From: an uncultured virus (IMG/VR IMGVR_UViG_3300030118_005288)
Lineage: Duplodnaviria; Heunggongvirae; Uroviricota; Caudoviricetes
IMG/VR virus record: IMGVR_UViG_3300030118_005288
Span: 1-64,000 of that record
Strand: one strand, 5' to 3'
Length of the DNA: 64,000 bases
Both the position numbers and the translations under genes were made by a program. Of this stretch, positions 1-8,696 are shown piece after piece (the first letter of the stretch is position 1; every line of letters begins with the position of its first letter). The notes under the pieces are model-generated. The model had not been told where the DNA came from. It saw nothing but the letters and a program-made list of their open reading frames with translations, and did no database searches.

Positions 1-2187
1 GAAAAATTATTTAAACCTTTTGCTATAGCTAATAATGCTATAAACAAAAAGAAACAAGAAGTAAAAAACAATTATAGAAACTTAATAAAAAAATTACCTG
101 CTGTAAGAAAAAGCCTAAAAGACAATGTTGAAGGTACTAGTTTTTCTAAAGAGCAAGCTATAAGAGTAAAGCTTTGGACTGATGCTGGGTTTGAAATACC
201 TGGATTAGCTCCTACTACTCAAGAAAAATTAGTAAAAGCTGTTAATAACGATCCTGAAATGCTTCAGTTTGCTCAAGAGTTAAGTGCGTTATCACAACAA
301 CAAAATGGTTATATAAAACCTACAGAATACTGGACTGTTGAAAATATTGCTTTTGATTTAAGCGAAATAACAGGTGTTGTTGGTAGAGCAGAGTTTTTAC
401 AAGAGTGGAAAAACAACGTTAGTATTATATTTTCTGAAGAAAACAAAAACAAATTAAGAGCTGCTTATGGTAACGAGCATGTTGAAGCTTTAGAAGATAT
501 GCTTTACCGTATGGAATATGGTAGAAACAGAAGTAGACCTGGTAGAATAGAAAACGCTTGGAACAACTGGGTAAACAACTCTGTTGGTGCTATTATGTTC
601 TTTAACATGAGATCTGCGTTTTTACAAACAATATCTGCTATTAACTATGTTGACATGGGTGACAATAATATTATTGAAGCCGGTAAAAGAGTTGCTAATG
701 TACCACAGTTTGCAAAAGACTTTGCGATGATATTTAACTCTGACATGTTAAAACAAAGAAGGTCTGGTAATGAAAGAACTATTAATGAAGCGGAGTTAAC
801 AGCACGTTTAGAGGGATCAACAAACAAAGTTAAAGCAACGATAGCATTTTTATTAGAAAAAGGATTTTTACCTACGCAAATAGCTGATAGCTTTGCTATA
901 TCATCTGGTGGTGCAACTTATTATAGAAGTAAAGTTATTGCCTATGAAAAACAAGGTATGTCAACTCAAGAAGCAGAAGCTCAAGCGTTTTTAGATTTTC
1001 AAGAAAAAACAGAGATGGGACAACAGTCATCAAGACCAGACCTTATCTCACAACAACAAGCGGGTGGTTTAGGACGTCTCTTACTAGCTTTTAAGAATAC
1101 TCCGATGCAATATACTAGAATTATGATAAAGTCCGCTGCTGATCTTAAAAACGGTAGAGGATCAGTAAAAGAAAATATAGGTAAAATAGTTTATTACGGT
1201 GCCCTGCAAAATGTTTTGTTTACTGGATTACAAACTGCTTTATGGGCTGCTATTGGTGATGAAGACGAGTGGAATACAAAAACTGAAAGACTTGCTAACG
1301 GTATGCTTGACAGTATGCTAAATGGTATGGGTATAACAGGCGCTGTTACTGTTACTATTAAAAACGGTGTAATGAGATACATGCGGGAAAAAGAAAGGGG
1401 TTTTCAAGCTGATCACACTAGAACAATAATAGAGTTTGCTAACTTATCACCAACTATAGGTTCTAAGTTAAGAAAAATGTACTCTGCTATACAGACAGAA
1501 CAGTTTAACGAAGACGTTATAGAAGAAATGGGCTTTACACCTGAAAACCCAGGTTTTAACGCTATGGCTAATTTAATATCGGCTACAACAAATATACCTG
1601 CTGATAGAGCTGTTCAAAAATTACAAAACCTAATGTTAGCGGCTGATAGTGAAACAGAGTTTTGGGATAGCTTTGCTTTAACTTTAGGTTGGAACCCTTG
1701 GGATTTAAACTTAGAAACAGAAGGTAGAAAAGTAAGAGAAGAAATAAAAGACAAAAAGAAAATAGAAAAACAACAACAAAAACTTAGAGATAAATATCCT
1801 GGTAAATCAGACGAGGAAATTGTTGTGTTAGAAAAAGGTAAGGAAACTCGTAACCTAAACAAGTCTCAACAAAACATGATTCTTAAATCGTTAGAGTTAG
1901 ATCCTACAAAATACAAAACAGAAACAGATAGAGTAAACGCTATTATAGAACAATATAATAAAGACCCTGAAAAAATAAACAAAGCTATTGAAGACGCCAA
2001 AAACTATGTTCCAAGCAAAGAAGAGCAAAGATCTAAGGATTTAATGAAAACAACTAAAAAAGATCAAGTAAATATGCTTATGGATTTAGGTTTATCTGCG
2101 GAAGAAATAAAAGGTCTTAAGTACGAGTCTGATAGAGTAAAAAAGATAATAGAGTTAGAAAATAATAAAAAAAGTAAAAAACAATAA
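1..2187 (+). CDS. C-terminal part of a very large virion (internal/ejection) protein; 5'-truncated
   Basis: Frame 1 is open from base 1 to TAA at 2187. Helical sequence with two C-terminal repeats (K..Q.NM...L.L......E.DRV..II). Function inferred from gene order after the ejection-protein genes. Confidence 0.6.
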   Translation, partial: EKLFKPFAIANNAINKKKQEVKNNYRNLIKKLPAVRKSLKDNVEGTSFSKEQAIRVKLWTDAGFEIPGLAPTTQEKLVKAVNNDPEMLQFAQELSALSQQQNGYIKPTEYWTVENIAFDLSEITGVVGRAEFLQEWKNNVSIIFSEENKNKLRAAYGNEHVEALEDMLYRMEYGRNRSRPGRIENAWNNWVNNSVGAIMFFNMRSAFLQTISAINYVDMGDNNIIEAGKRVANVPQFAKDFAMIFNSDMLKQRRSGNERTINEAELTARLEGSTNKVKATIAFLLEKGFLPTQIADSFAISSGGATYYRSKVIAYEKQGMSTQEAEAQAFLDFQEKTEMGQQSSRPDLISQQQAGGLGRLLLAFKNTPMQYTRIMIKSAADLKNGRGSVKENIGKIVYYGALQNVLFTGLQTALWAAIGDEDEWNTKTERLANGMLDSMLNGMGITGAVTVTIKNGVMRYMREKERGFQADHTRTIIEFANLSPTIGSKLRKMYSAIQTEQFNEDVIEEMGFTPENPGFNAMANLISATTNIPADRAVQKLQNLMLAADSETEFWDSFALTLGWNPWDLNLETEGRKVREEIKDKKKIEKQQQKLRDKYPGKSDEEIVVLEKGKETRNLNKSQQNMILKSLELDPTKYKTETDRVNAIIEQYNKDPEKINKAIEDAKNYVPSKEEQRSKDLMKTTKKDQVNMLMDLGLSAEEIKGLKYESDRVKKIIELENNKKSKKQ

Positions 2188-2201
2188 AAACAAGTGATTT
2201 T
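2174..2201 (+). promoter_or_regulatory. Class II phage promoter candidate (GTAAA-N15-GTGAT)
   Basis: Same spacing as copies at 19957, 27897 and 61203; lies just upstream of the ATG at 2224. Confidence 0.5.
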
Positions 2202-2223
2202 ACATAAAAGGATCTATTTATAA

Positions 2224-3327
2224 ATGAAAAGAATATTAATAATATTATTAACGGTAATCTTAACGGCTTGCGCAACTCCTAAAAAATGTTGCTCTCAAGA
2301 TATAGACTTACAAAAAATAATTAAAAAAGAATTAAAGTTTTCTACATTTTACGCGGCTGTAAATGGTGGTACGTCATTGTCTGATGTTAAAGTATTTTCT
2401 GTAGACAATGGTTTATCAACACAAACTATAGCAACACCTTACGATTATAATTTTACAATTGGACTTCGTAAGATAGCTAGGTTTGGTTATGAAAATAAAG
2501 CACAAACGTTTTATGATGGTACAGAGTCTAACTATACAGATGCTGCTACCGTAGGTAAAGTACAGGGCTTTGAATATTTATTTGAGGTAGATTATAAAAG
2601 ACAAGAGGGTGTTAACTATGTAGATCAACACCACTTTATACGTTATAGTTCTGACGATGATTGTGAAGGTCCTTATTGTATAGATCACTTTGCTTTTAAA
2701 ATAGAGTATTTAGAAGATGGTTTTGCTGATGTAAAATATTTTGAAGCATCAGAAAGATATAGATATAAAAAATCAAAAGACTTAGCTTTTAGTATAGGTA
2801 TGGCACATAGATTAGCAGAGCCATACGGTTACAACCCTCTTGACGAGTGGATGTTAAGTAATGGTAATTTACACTATACTTATTTAGCTTTACAAGAAGG
2901 TTACAACGTAGATGTTTTTAATAGTACTTATTATGATCCAAGTGGAAATGTTGTTGCTACAAGTGCTGAGGTTTGGGAGGCTGTAGTAATACCACAAGTA
3001 TTGTCTGAATATACAGAGAAAAAAAGAAACGAACTAAAAAATATTATTCAACACTCTATAGTTGTTGGGTTTGATTATTATAAATACACTAAAACAAACT
3101 GGTTGCATGTGTGGGGTAATTTAATGCCTTGGCATTATAATGATGGTAATAAATTTAGTTACCACAACTTTATAGAAGATGACCAGTGGTACGATTACTC
3201 AGGTGGTATTATATTTGGCGTAAAACAAAATAGAAATTTTGGTTATTTTTTAGAAGCTAAATATAATAAATACTGGAACAGAGAGTGGTACGATTTTAAA
3301 TTAGGATTAAATTATACAATATTTTAA
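2224..3327 (+). CDS. Secreted, probable outer-membrane beta-barrel protein
   Basis: N-terminal signal peptide (LTA-C lipobox-like, or CCS-Q). Aromatic-rich alternating strands. C-terminal DFKLGLNYTIF resembles a BAM beta-signal. Confidence 0.6.
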   Translation: MKRILIILLTVILTACATPKKCCSQDIDLQKIIKKELKFSTFYAAVNGGTSLSDVKVFSVDNGLSTQTIATPYDYNFTIGLRKIARFGYENKAQTFYDGTESNYTDAATVGKVQGFEYLFEVDYKRQEGVNYVDQHHFIRYSSDDDCEGPYCIDHFAFKIEYLEDGFADVKYFEASERYRYKKSKDLAFSIGMAHRLAEPYGYNPLDEWMLSNGNLHYTYLALQEGYNVDVFNSTYYDPSGNVVATSAEVWEAVVIPQVLSEYTEKKRNELKNIIQHSIVVGFDYYKYTKTNWLHVWGNLMPWHYNDGNKFSYHNFIEDDQWYDYSGGIIFGVKQNRNFGYFLEAKYNKYWNREWYDFKLGLNYTIF

Positions 3328-3328
3328 T

Positions 3329-3610
3329 ATGGCAAAAGAATTAAATGAAGACACAGCATTTAAGCTAAGTATAAAAACAATTATAGGCCTTGGTTTTGCG
3401 GTAGCAACTTTAGCTGGTATGTGGTTTACACTACAGGCAGAAATTGCTGAGGCAAAAGAATTACCAGCGCCACCTGATCCAGAGGTAACACGCATGGAGT
3501 TTGATATGAAAGATCAAATGATAAGACAAACTATTATGGATACACAGGAAGATGTGCAAGAAATAAAAGCTACTCTTGAAAAAATTGAAGACAAACTATA
3601 CGATAGATAA
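3329..3610 (+). CDS. Single-TM coiled-coil membrane protein
   Basis: TM segment IIGLGFAVATLAGMWF, Pro linker, heptad C-terminus. Confidence 0.6.
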   Translation: MAKELNEDTAFKLSIKTIIGLGFAVATLAGMWFTLQAEIAEAKELPAPPDPEVTRMEFDMKDQMIRQTIMDTQEDVQEIKATLEKIEDKLYDR

Positions 3611-3973
3611 ATGGAAAACGAAACCGTTTCTTGGCCTCAATATGTTATATACTCGCTAATAATTGTTTTTATATTGTTAGCTAATATAGCTTTTGGTCAA
3701 ATAGAAATAAAAGTATTTAACGCAAACTGGAACAAGCAAAACGATGTTCCGTGGATAAATAAGTTAACAGACGTAAAAACAATTAGTTATACCGACGTTG
3801 CTAAAAACGCTAAAGCACAAAAGAAATATAAAATAGCATCTGTACCTACAATAATAATATTTAAAGATGGTGAAGAGGTTGTTAGGTTTCAAGCTGATTT
3901 GTCATTTAAAATAGTAGCAACAAGAGAAGAAGTGCAAGAAGAAATAGATAATCAATTAATGAGCGATTTTTAA
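3611..3973 (+). CDS. Exported thioredoxin-fold protein lacking CxxC
   Basis: Signal/TM ending AFG-Q. FNANWN replaces WCxxC. YKIASVPTIIIFKDGEEV is the thioredoxin cis-Pro motif. Confidence 0.7.
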   Translation: MENETVSWPQYVIYSLIIVFILLANIAFGQIEIKVFNANWNKQNDVPWINKLTDVKTISYTDVAKNAKAQKKYKIASVPTIIIFKDGEEVVRFQADLSFKIVATREEVQEEIDNQLMSDF

Positions 3974-3974
3974 T

Positions 3975-4508
3975 ATGGGTTTTAAAATGAAAAAGCCGTC
4001 TATAATAGAAGGAACGGCTAAACACAAAGAAGAAGTAAAAGATAAAAAGCAAAGGCGATTAGAAGGTAGGCTTGAAAAAATAAGCAAGAAAGCTAACAAA
4101 AGCCAACGCAAAGACTTTGAAAAAAGCGGTGGTGAAAGCTATGTAAAACACATGGCTAAAGGCAATCACTCTAAAAAAACAAAAAGATTACACAAAAGAT
4201 TTGATAGAGTAGAAGAAAAGCTAGATAACTACATCGACAAAAGAGACAGCGCGCCTACAAAGAAAACAGGTACAAAACAAAAGCTTAAAAAAGTTTCATC
4301 ACAACTTAAAAAATCAGTTAAGGCACACGCTAAACAAGCAGATATAATTGACAATGCTTTAGACTCTCCGATGAAAGGTAAGAAAGACGCTTGTTATCAT
4401 AAGGTAAAATCAAGAGTTAAAGTGTGGCCTAGCGCTTATGCTTCTGGTCAGTTAGTACAATGTAGAAAAGCAGGTGCTGGTAATTGGGGAACTAAAAGTA
4501 AAAAATAA
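3975..4508 (+). CDS. Basic protein with MGFKMK leader and C-terminal KKDACYHKVK...WPSAYASG module
   Basis: ORF track; Lys-rich; contains APTKK and SPMK motifs. Confidence 0.7.
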   Translation: MGFKMKKPSIIEGTAKHKEEVKDKKQRRLEGRLEKISKKANKSQRKDFEKSGGESYVKHMAKGNHSKKTKRLHKRFDRVEEKLDNYIDKRDSAPTKKTGTKQKLKKVSSQLKKSVKAHAKQADIIDNALDSPMKGKKDACYHKVKSRVKVWPSAYASGQLVQCRKAGAGNWGTKSKK

Positions 4509-4876
4509 TGTACGATATAAAAGCTAAGTTTAGAAAAAATAGTCCTCTTCCTTGTTGGAAAGGTTACGAGCGAGTACCAGGTACTGCGCAAGGCGCAAAA
4601 GGTAGTTGCCGTAAATCATCGCCTAACAAATCTACAAAAGGCGGTGGTACTAAAAAAGTTTGTTTACCTAAAAACAAAATTTCTAGCATGAGCGAGGGTC
4701 AAAGAAAATCTTTAGCATCTTCTAAAAGCAAAGCGGGTTCTAAAGGTAAGTATAGAAGACCATCTAGTACTAATGTAAAAGGAGCTCGTAAACCAGGAGC
4801 TACGCTAAAAGATTGGTTTGAAAAAGAAGATTGGAGACAAGTTGGTGATCCGTCTAAAAAATGTGGTGAAAAATAA
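4508..4876 (+). CDS. Basic hypothetical protein (CWKGY and LKDWF modules)
   Basis: ORF track; translationally coupled to the previous gene. Confidence 0.65.
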   Translation: MYDIKAKFRKNSPLPCWKGYERVPGTAQGAKGSCRKSSPNKSTKGGGTKKVCLPKNKISSMSEGQRKSLASSKSKAGSKGKYRRPSSTNVKGARKPGATLKDWFEKEDWRQVGDPSKKCGEK

Positions 4877-4883
4877 ATAAGCT

Positions 4884-5291
4884 ATGCCAGGATCAAAGAG
4901 ACAAAATAAAATGTTTGAAAGAACAACGGGTTATGTACAAAAGAATAATCCTTTTTCAGTAACTAGTTGTGGTAGACGTAGAAATGATGGTTCGCCTCTT
5001 TTTGCAAAGGCAGAGCCACGTAGAACTATAGGGCCAGGTAAAAACTTTAACAAGGTTGCTAAAGACAAAAGCGCTACAGGTGGAGCCGCTGGAGGTGGTA
5101 TGACTCAAAAAGGTGTTAACGAGTACAAGCGTAAAAATCCTGGTAGTAAATTAAAAACAGCGGTTACAACTAAACCATCAAAGCTAAAGCCAGGTAGTAA
5201 AGCTGCTAAACGTAGAAAATCATTTTGTGCTAGATCAAGAGGTTGGACCGGTGAAAGAGGTAAAGCTGCTAGACGTAGATGGAATTGTTAA
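4884..5291 (+). CDS. Basic hypothetical protein (RRKSFCAR...RRRWNC module)
   Basis: ORF track; C-terminal module recalled from other phage proteins (not verified). Confidence 0.65.
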   Translation: MPGSKRQNKMFERTTGYVQKNNPFSVTSCGRRRNDGSPLFAKAEPRRTIGPGKNFNKVAKDKSATGGAAGGGMTQKGVNEYKRKNPGSKLKTAVTTKPSKLKPGSKAAKRRKSFCARSRGWTGERGKAARRRWNC

Positions 5292-5304
5292 TAAAAATTA
5301 AATA

Positions 5305-7383
5305 ATGAAAAGAATACTAATATTATTATTATTACCTGTAATATGTTTTTCACAACAACCAATCGAAGTTGTTATACAATTAAAAACTGATAGCTATCCT
5401 TCTGAAAACAGATGGGTGTTATATGCAGATAGCTTTCAAGGGCCAATAATTTCAGAGGTTCAATATGGTCATTACACTACGCCAAACGTAATGAATTATG
5501 ATACTATATACATAGGTGATACTATAACGAATATATCTTTTGTTATATATGATAGTTATGGCGATGGCATAATTAATGGTGAATACTATGTGACTATATG
5601 TGGGGACACTGTGGTTGATTATCCTGTTAGCACGTTTACAACAGGTTTAATACACAACAGAACAGTACCTCAATGTATGCCTAATCCGCCACCACCACCA
5701 CCACCAGGTCAATGTGTACCTGCTTTGGTAAACATAAACTTAGATCAATACCAAGAAGAAACTACTTGGGATATTAAAGATACATTAGGAAACGTAATAT
5801 ATTCTGGAGGACCATACTCAAATGCTCCAGACTATCAACCTCAGTTTATACCGGTTTGTTTACCGGTAATACCGTTAACGTTTACTATATACGATTCTTA
5901 TGGAGATGGACTAGCTGGTAGCTTGTGGGGAGGACAAGACGGATCATACTATTTATTTCAATGTGGCGATACCTTAGTTTACGGAGCGGAAGCTAACTTT
6001 GGGACAGACTCCACGCACATGTTTGTTTCTGATACTTGTGTACCTCCACCACCAGTACCGGGCTGTATGGACGAAGATTATACGGAATATAACCCTTTGG
6101 CTACTGTAAGTGATTCGTCGTGTGTTACACTAAAAGTTTGGGGCTGTACAGACTCAACTATGTTTAACTACGACTCTACCGCCAACACAATGGACTACGT
6201 AGACAGTTGCGATTACACTCTTATACTACATGATCTTGTAGGTAATGGCTGGGTTGGTAGTAGATTAGAAATATATCAGGAAGATAAAGATACTAGTGTG
6301 TTTTTTATGACACAACCTAGTTTAAATCAACAGTTTTCTATAAACTTATATGCTCCTGAAGAAGTACAAGCTAAGTTTTTTGTTTCTCAACAAGCTCAGC
6401 ATACTGCACTAGAGTGCGGCTTTACATTAGTAAATCCTTATGGTGATACAGTTATAAGTGTTGTGCCACCATTTATAGTTCCTTTTCAAACTTACACGGG
6501 TACAACTTACTGTGGTAATATTTGTATAGAAAAAGTTATTGGTTGTATGGATAGCTTAGCATTTAATTATGTTGATAGCGCTAATATTGATGATGATTGT
6601 TACTATAATCCAGGCTGTATATCACCTGCTTATTTAGAGTATCACGTTGATACTTCTAACGGTTATGTTACAGATATAAATATACAAGACAGCTGTCAAA
6701 CTTTAGCGGTGTTTGGTTGTACAGATCCTATTGCTTTTAACTATGACTCTACCGCAAACGTAGACAACGGTGGTTGTATTTCTGTTATACTTGGTTGTAC
6801 TCAACCTTTAGCATTTAACTACAACCCTAACGCAAATGTTGATGATGGTAGTTGTGTGCCTTATATATATGGTTGTATAGACCCAACAATGTTTAATTAT
6901 GATCCAAACGCTAACACAGATAATGGTAGTTGTATTCCATACGTTTATGGGTGTACTGACTCTACTGCTTTTAATTACGATCCAAATGCTAATGCAGATA
7001 ACGGTTCGTGTATACAGTTTATTAACGGATGTATGGACCCTGATGCTTGGAACTACGATGCCTCGGCGAACGTTAATGACGTCAGCTCTTGTCTTTACGC
7101 TGCTAACTGTATTACTGGTCCTGGTGTACCTTATTGGTTAAACGATGAGTGTTATGCTTGGGTTATAAGTGTAGATGATTATTGCTGTGAGAATGAGTGG
7201 GATAATATATGTCAAGCGACGTATGATTATTGTTTAGGAACATGGGTTGGTCCTTTGCCTAAACGTATATTAAAGCTGAAAGCTGTAACAGATATACTAG
7301 GTAGACCATCTAAAATAACAAAAAACAAATTACTGTTCTTTATTTATGAAGACGGTACAATAGAGAAAAAACTAATAAAATAA
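5305..7383 (+). CDS. Secreted Cys-rich repeat protein with putative type IX secretion C-terminal sorting domain
   Basis: Signal peptide CFS-Q; repeated YDSYGDG domains; about 9 GCxDxxAFNYDxxANxDDGSC repeats; C-terminal VTDILGR...LLFFIYEDGTIEKKLIK. Confidence 0.75.
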   Translation: MKRILILLLLPVICFSQQPIEVVIQLKTDSYPSENRWVLYADSFQGPIISEVQYGHYTTPNVMNYDTIYIGDTITNISFVIYDSYGDGIINGEYYVTICGDTVVDYPVSTFTTGLIHNRTVPQCMPNPPPPPPPGQCVPALVNINLDQYQEETTWDIKDTLGNVIYSGGPYSNAPDYQPQFIPVCLPVIPLTFTIYDSYGDGLAGSLWGGQDGSYYLFQCGDTLVYGAEANFGTDSTHMFVSDTCVPPPPVPGCMDEDYTEYNPLATVSDSSCVTLKVWGCTDSTMFNYDSTANTMDYVDSCDYTLILHDLVGNGWVGSRLEIYQEDKDTSVFFMTQPSLNQQFSINLYAPEEVQAKFFVSQQAQHTALECGFTLVNPYGDTVISVVPPFIVPFQTYTGTTYCGNICIEKVIGCMDSLAFNYVDSANIDDDCYYNPGCISPAYLEYHVDTSNGYVTDINIQDSCQTLAVFGCTDPIAFNYDSTANVDNGGCISVILGCTQPLAFNYNPNANVDDGSCVPYIYGCIDPTMFNYDPNANTDNGSCIPYVYGCTDSTAFNYDPNANADNGSCIQFINGCMDPDAWNYDASANVNDVSSCLYAANCITGPGVPYWLNDECYAWVISVDDYCCENEWDNICQATYDYCLGTWVGPLPKRILKLKAVTDILGRPSKITKNKLLFFIYEDGTIEKKLIK

Positions 7384-7389
7384 TAAATT

Positions 7390-7761
7390 ATGGCATTAAT
7401 ACCAACATTAACAATAAAAGACGCGACTACGTTTAGCGATGAGTTAAACTTTTCGGTATCAGATAGTTTGTCAGTAACCGCACCAGCTCAAGGTTTGTCA
7501 CTAGTAAACGTAGCTAGTAGTGCTACAGAAGTAATATATGCCGACTCTGGTTCTGCTGGAACAGCTTTTGTATATATTAGAAATGCTAATACAGCAAACA
7601 GTTATTCTGTAGATATACAAACAGATAATGGTAATACTGTTTACGGAACTTTAGATAATGGTGAATTTGCTTTTATACCTATTGACACAAATGAAGGTGT
7701 ACAAGTAACAGCGTCTGGTGGTACTGTAGCGATTGAATACGCTTACTGGACTAAAGCATAA
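7390..7761 (+). CDS. Small beta-rich putative virion protein, paralog 1
   Basis: VYIRN and GTLDNGEFAFIP motifs are shared with the next two genes. Confidence 0.6.
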   Translation: MALIPTLTIKDATTFSDELNFSVSDSLSVTAPAQGLSLVNVASSATEVIYADSGSAGTAFVYIRNANTANSYSVDIQTDNGNTVYGTLDNGEFAFIPIDTNEGVQVTASGGTVAIEYAYWTKA

Positions 7762-7790
7762 AATAAATAACAACAATAAAAACAATTAAT

Positions 7791-8252
7791 ATGGCAACAA
7801 CAACGGCAACGGTAAGTATTTCCAGTAGCGATTTAATGTCTGGAAATCCTTTATCTATTAACGCTACCTCAACGTTAATGAAAACTGGTTTAACGACTGG
7901 TATGGAATTAATGGACATGGGTAGAGGTTCTTTAACTACAGCTGGAAATGGTACGTCTGAACACGTGGCTCTAAGAGACGCTTCTGCGGTGAGTGCGGAT
8001 CACGATACAGCAAACTGGCTTTACTTGTGTAACAAAGCTACAGATGATACTTTTTATATAGAAGTAGTTTTACATGATACTGTAATAGGTAGACTATACG
8101 CAGGCGACTGGATGTTTACTCCTTGGAGTATGAGTGATGCTGCTGCAGAATGGTCCATAGAAGCTGAAGGCGGTACTTGTCCTTACGAGTATGCATTTTT
8201 TAAATCAGCTGAAAGCTTAGTAGCTAGTGACCAAGCAAGTCTTAATCCTTAA
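7791..8252 (+). CDS. Small beta-rich putative virion protein, paralog 2
   Basis: LYLCN and IGRLYAGDWMFTPW motifs. Confidence 0.6.
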   Translation: MATTTATVSISSSDLMSGNPLSINATSTLMKTGLTTGMELMDMGRGSLTTAGNGTSEHVALRDASAVSADHDTANWLYLCNKATDDTFYIEVVLHDTVIGRLYAGDWMFTPWSMSDAAAEWSIEAEGGTCPYEYAFFKSAESLVASDQASLNP

Positions 8253-8270
8253 TAAATAAAAAATAATAAT

Positions 8271-8693
8271 ATGGCAACAATAAACGCAACAATTAGTGTT
8301 AGCAGTAACATAATGAGTTATCCTGTTAGTATAAACAATACGATGACTATGCATAAAGCTGGTAGCTGTCATGGTTTAGAAGAAACTAGTGGTTTAAACG
8401 TTACTAAAGTAACCTCAACTACAGCTTTTAAACTTTTTGACAACGCAGAAGCTACAGCAGGTAAAGCATCTAAAGTTTATATTAGAAACACAGGTGCTAG
8501 TAAAGTTGATTACTTTTACATAGGCTTTGGTGAAGATCTAGCGGCAGATACGGTTGAAACTATAGGTAAACTTTATGGTGGTGACTGGATGCTTATTCCT
8601 TGGGATGCTGTAGCAGCTTCATCACACGATATATATGCTAAAGCTAGCACTTCTGAAGAAATGACTCTTGAATACATAGCATTTATAGAGTAG
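8271..8693 (+). CDS. Small beta-rich putative virion protein, paralog 3
   Basis: VYIRN and IGKLYGGDWMLIPW motifs. Confidence 0.6.
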   Translation: MATINATISVSSNIMSYPVSINNTMTMHKAGSCHGLEETSGLNVTKVTSTTAFKLFDNAEATAGKASKVYIRNTGASKVDYFYIGFGEDLAADTVETIGKLYGGDWMLIPWDAVAASSHDIYAKASTSEEMTLEYIAFIE

Positions 8694-8696
8694 ATC

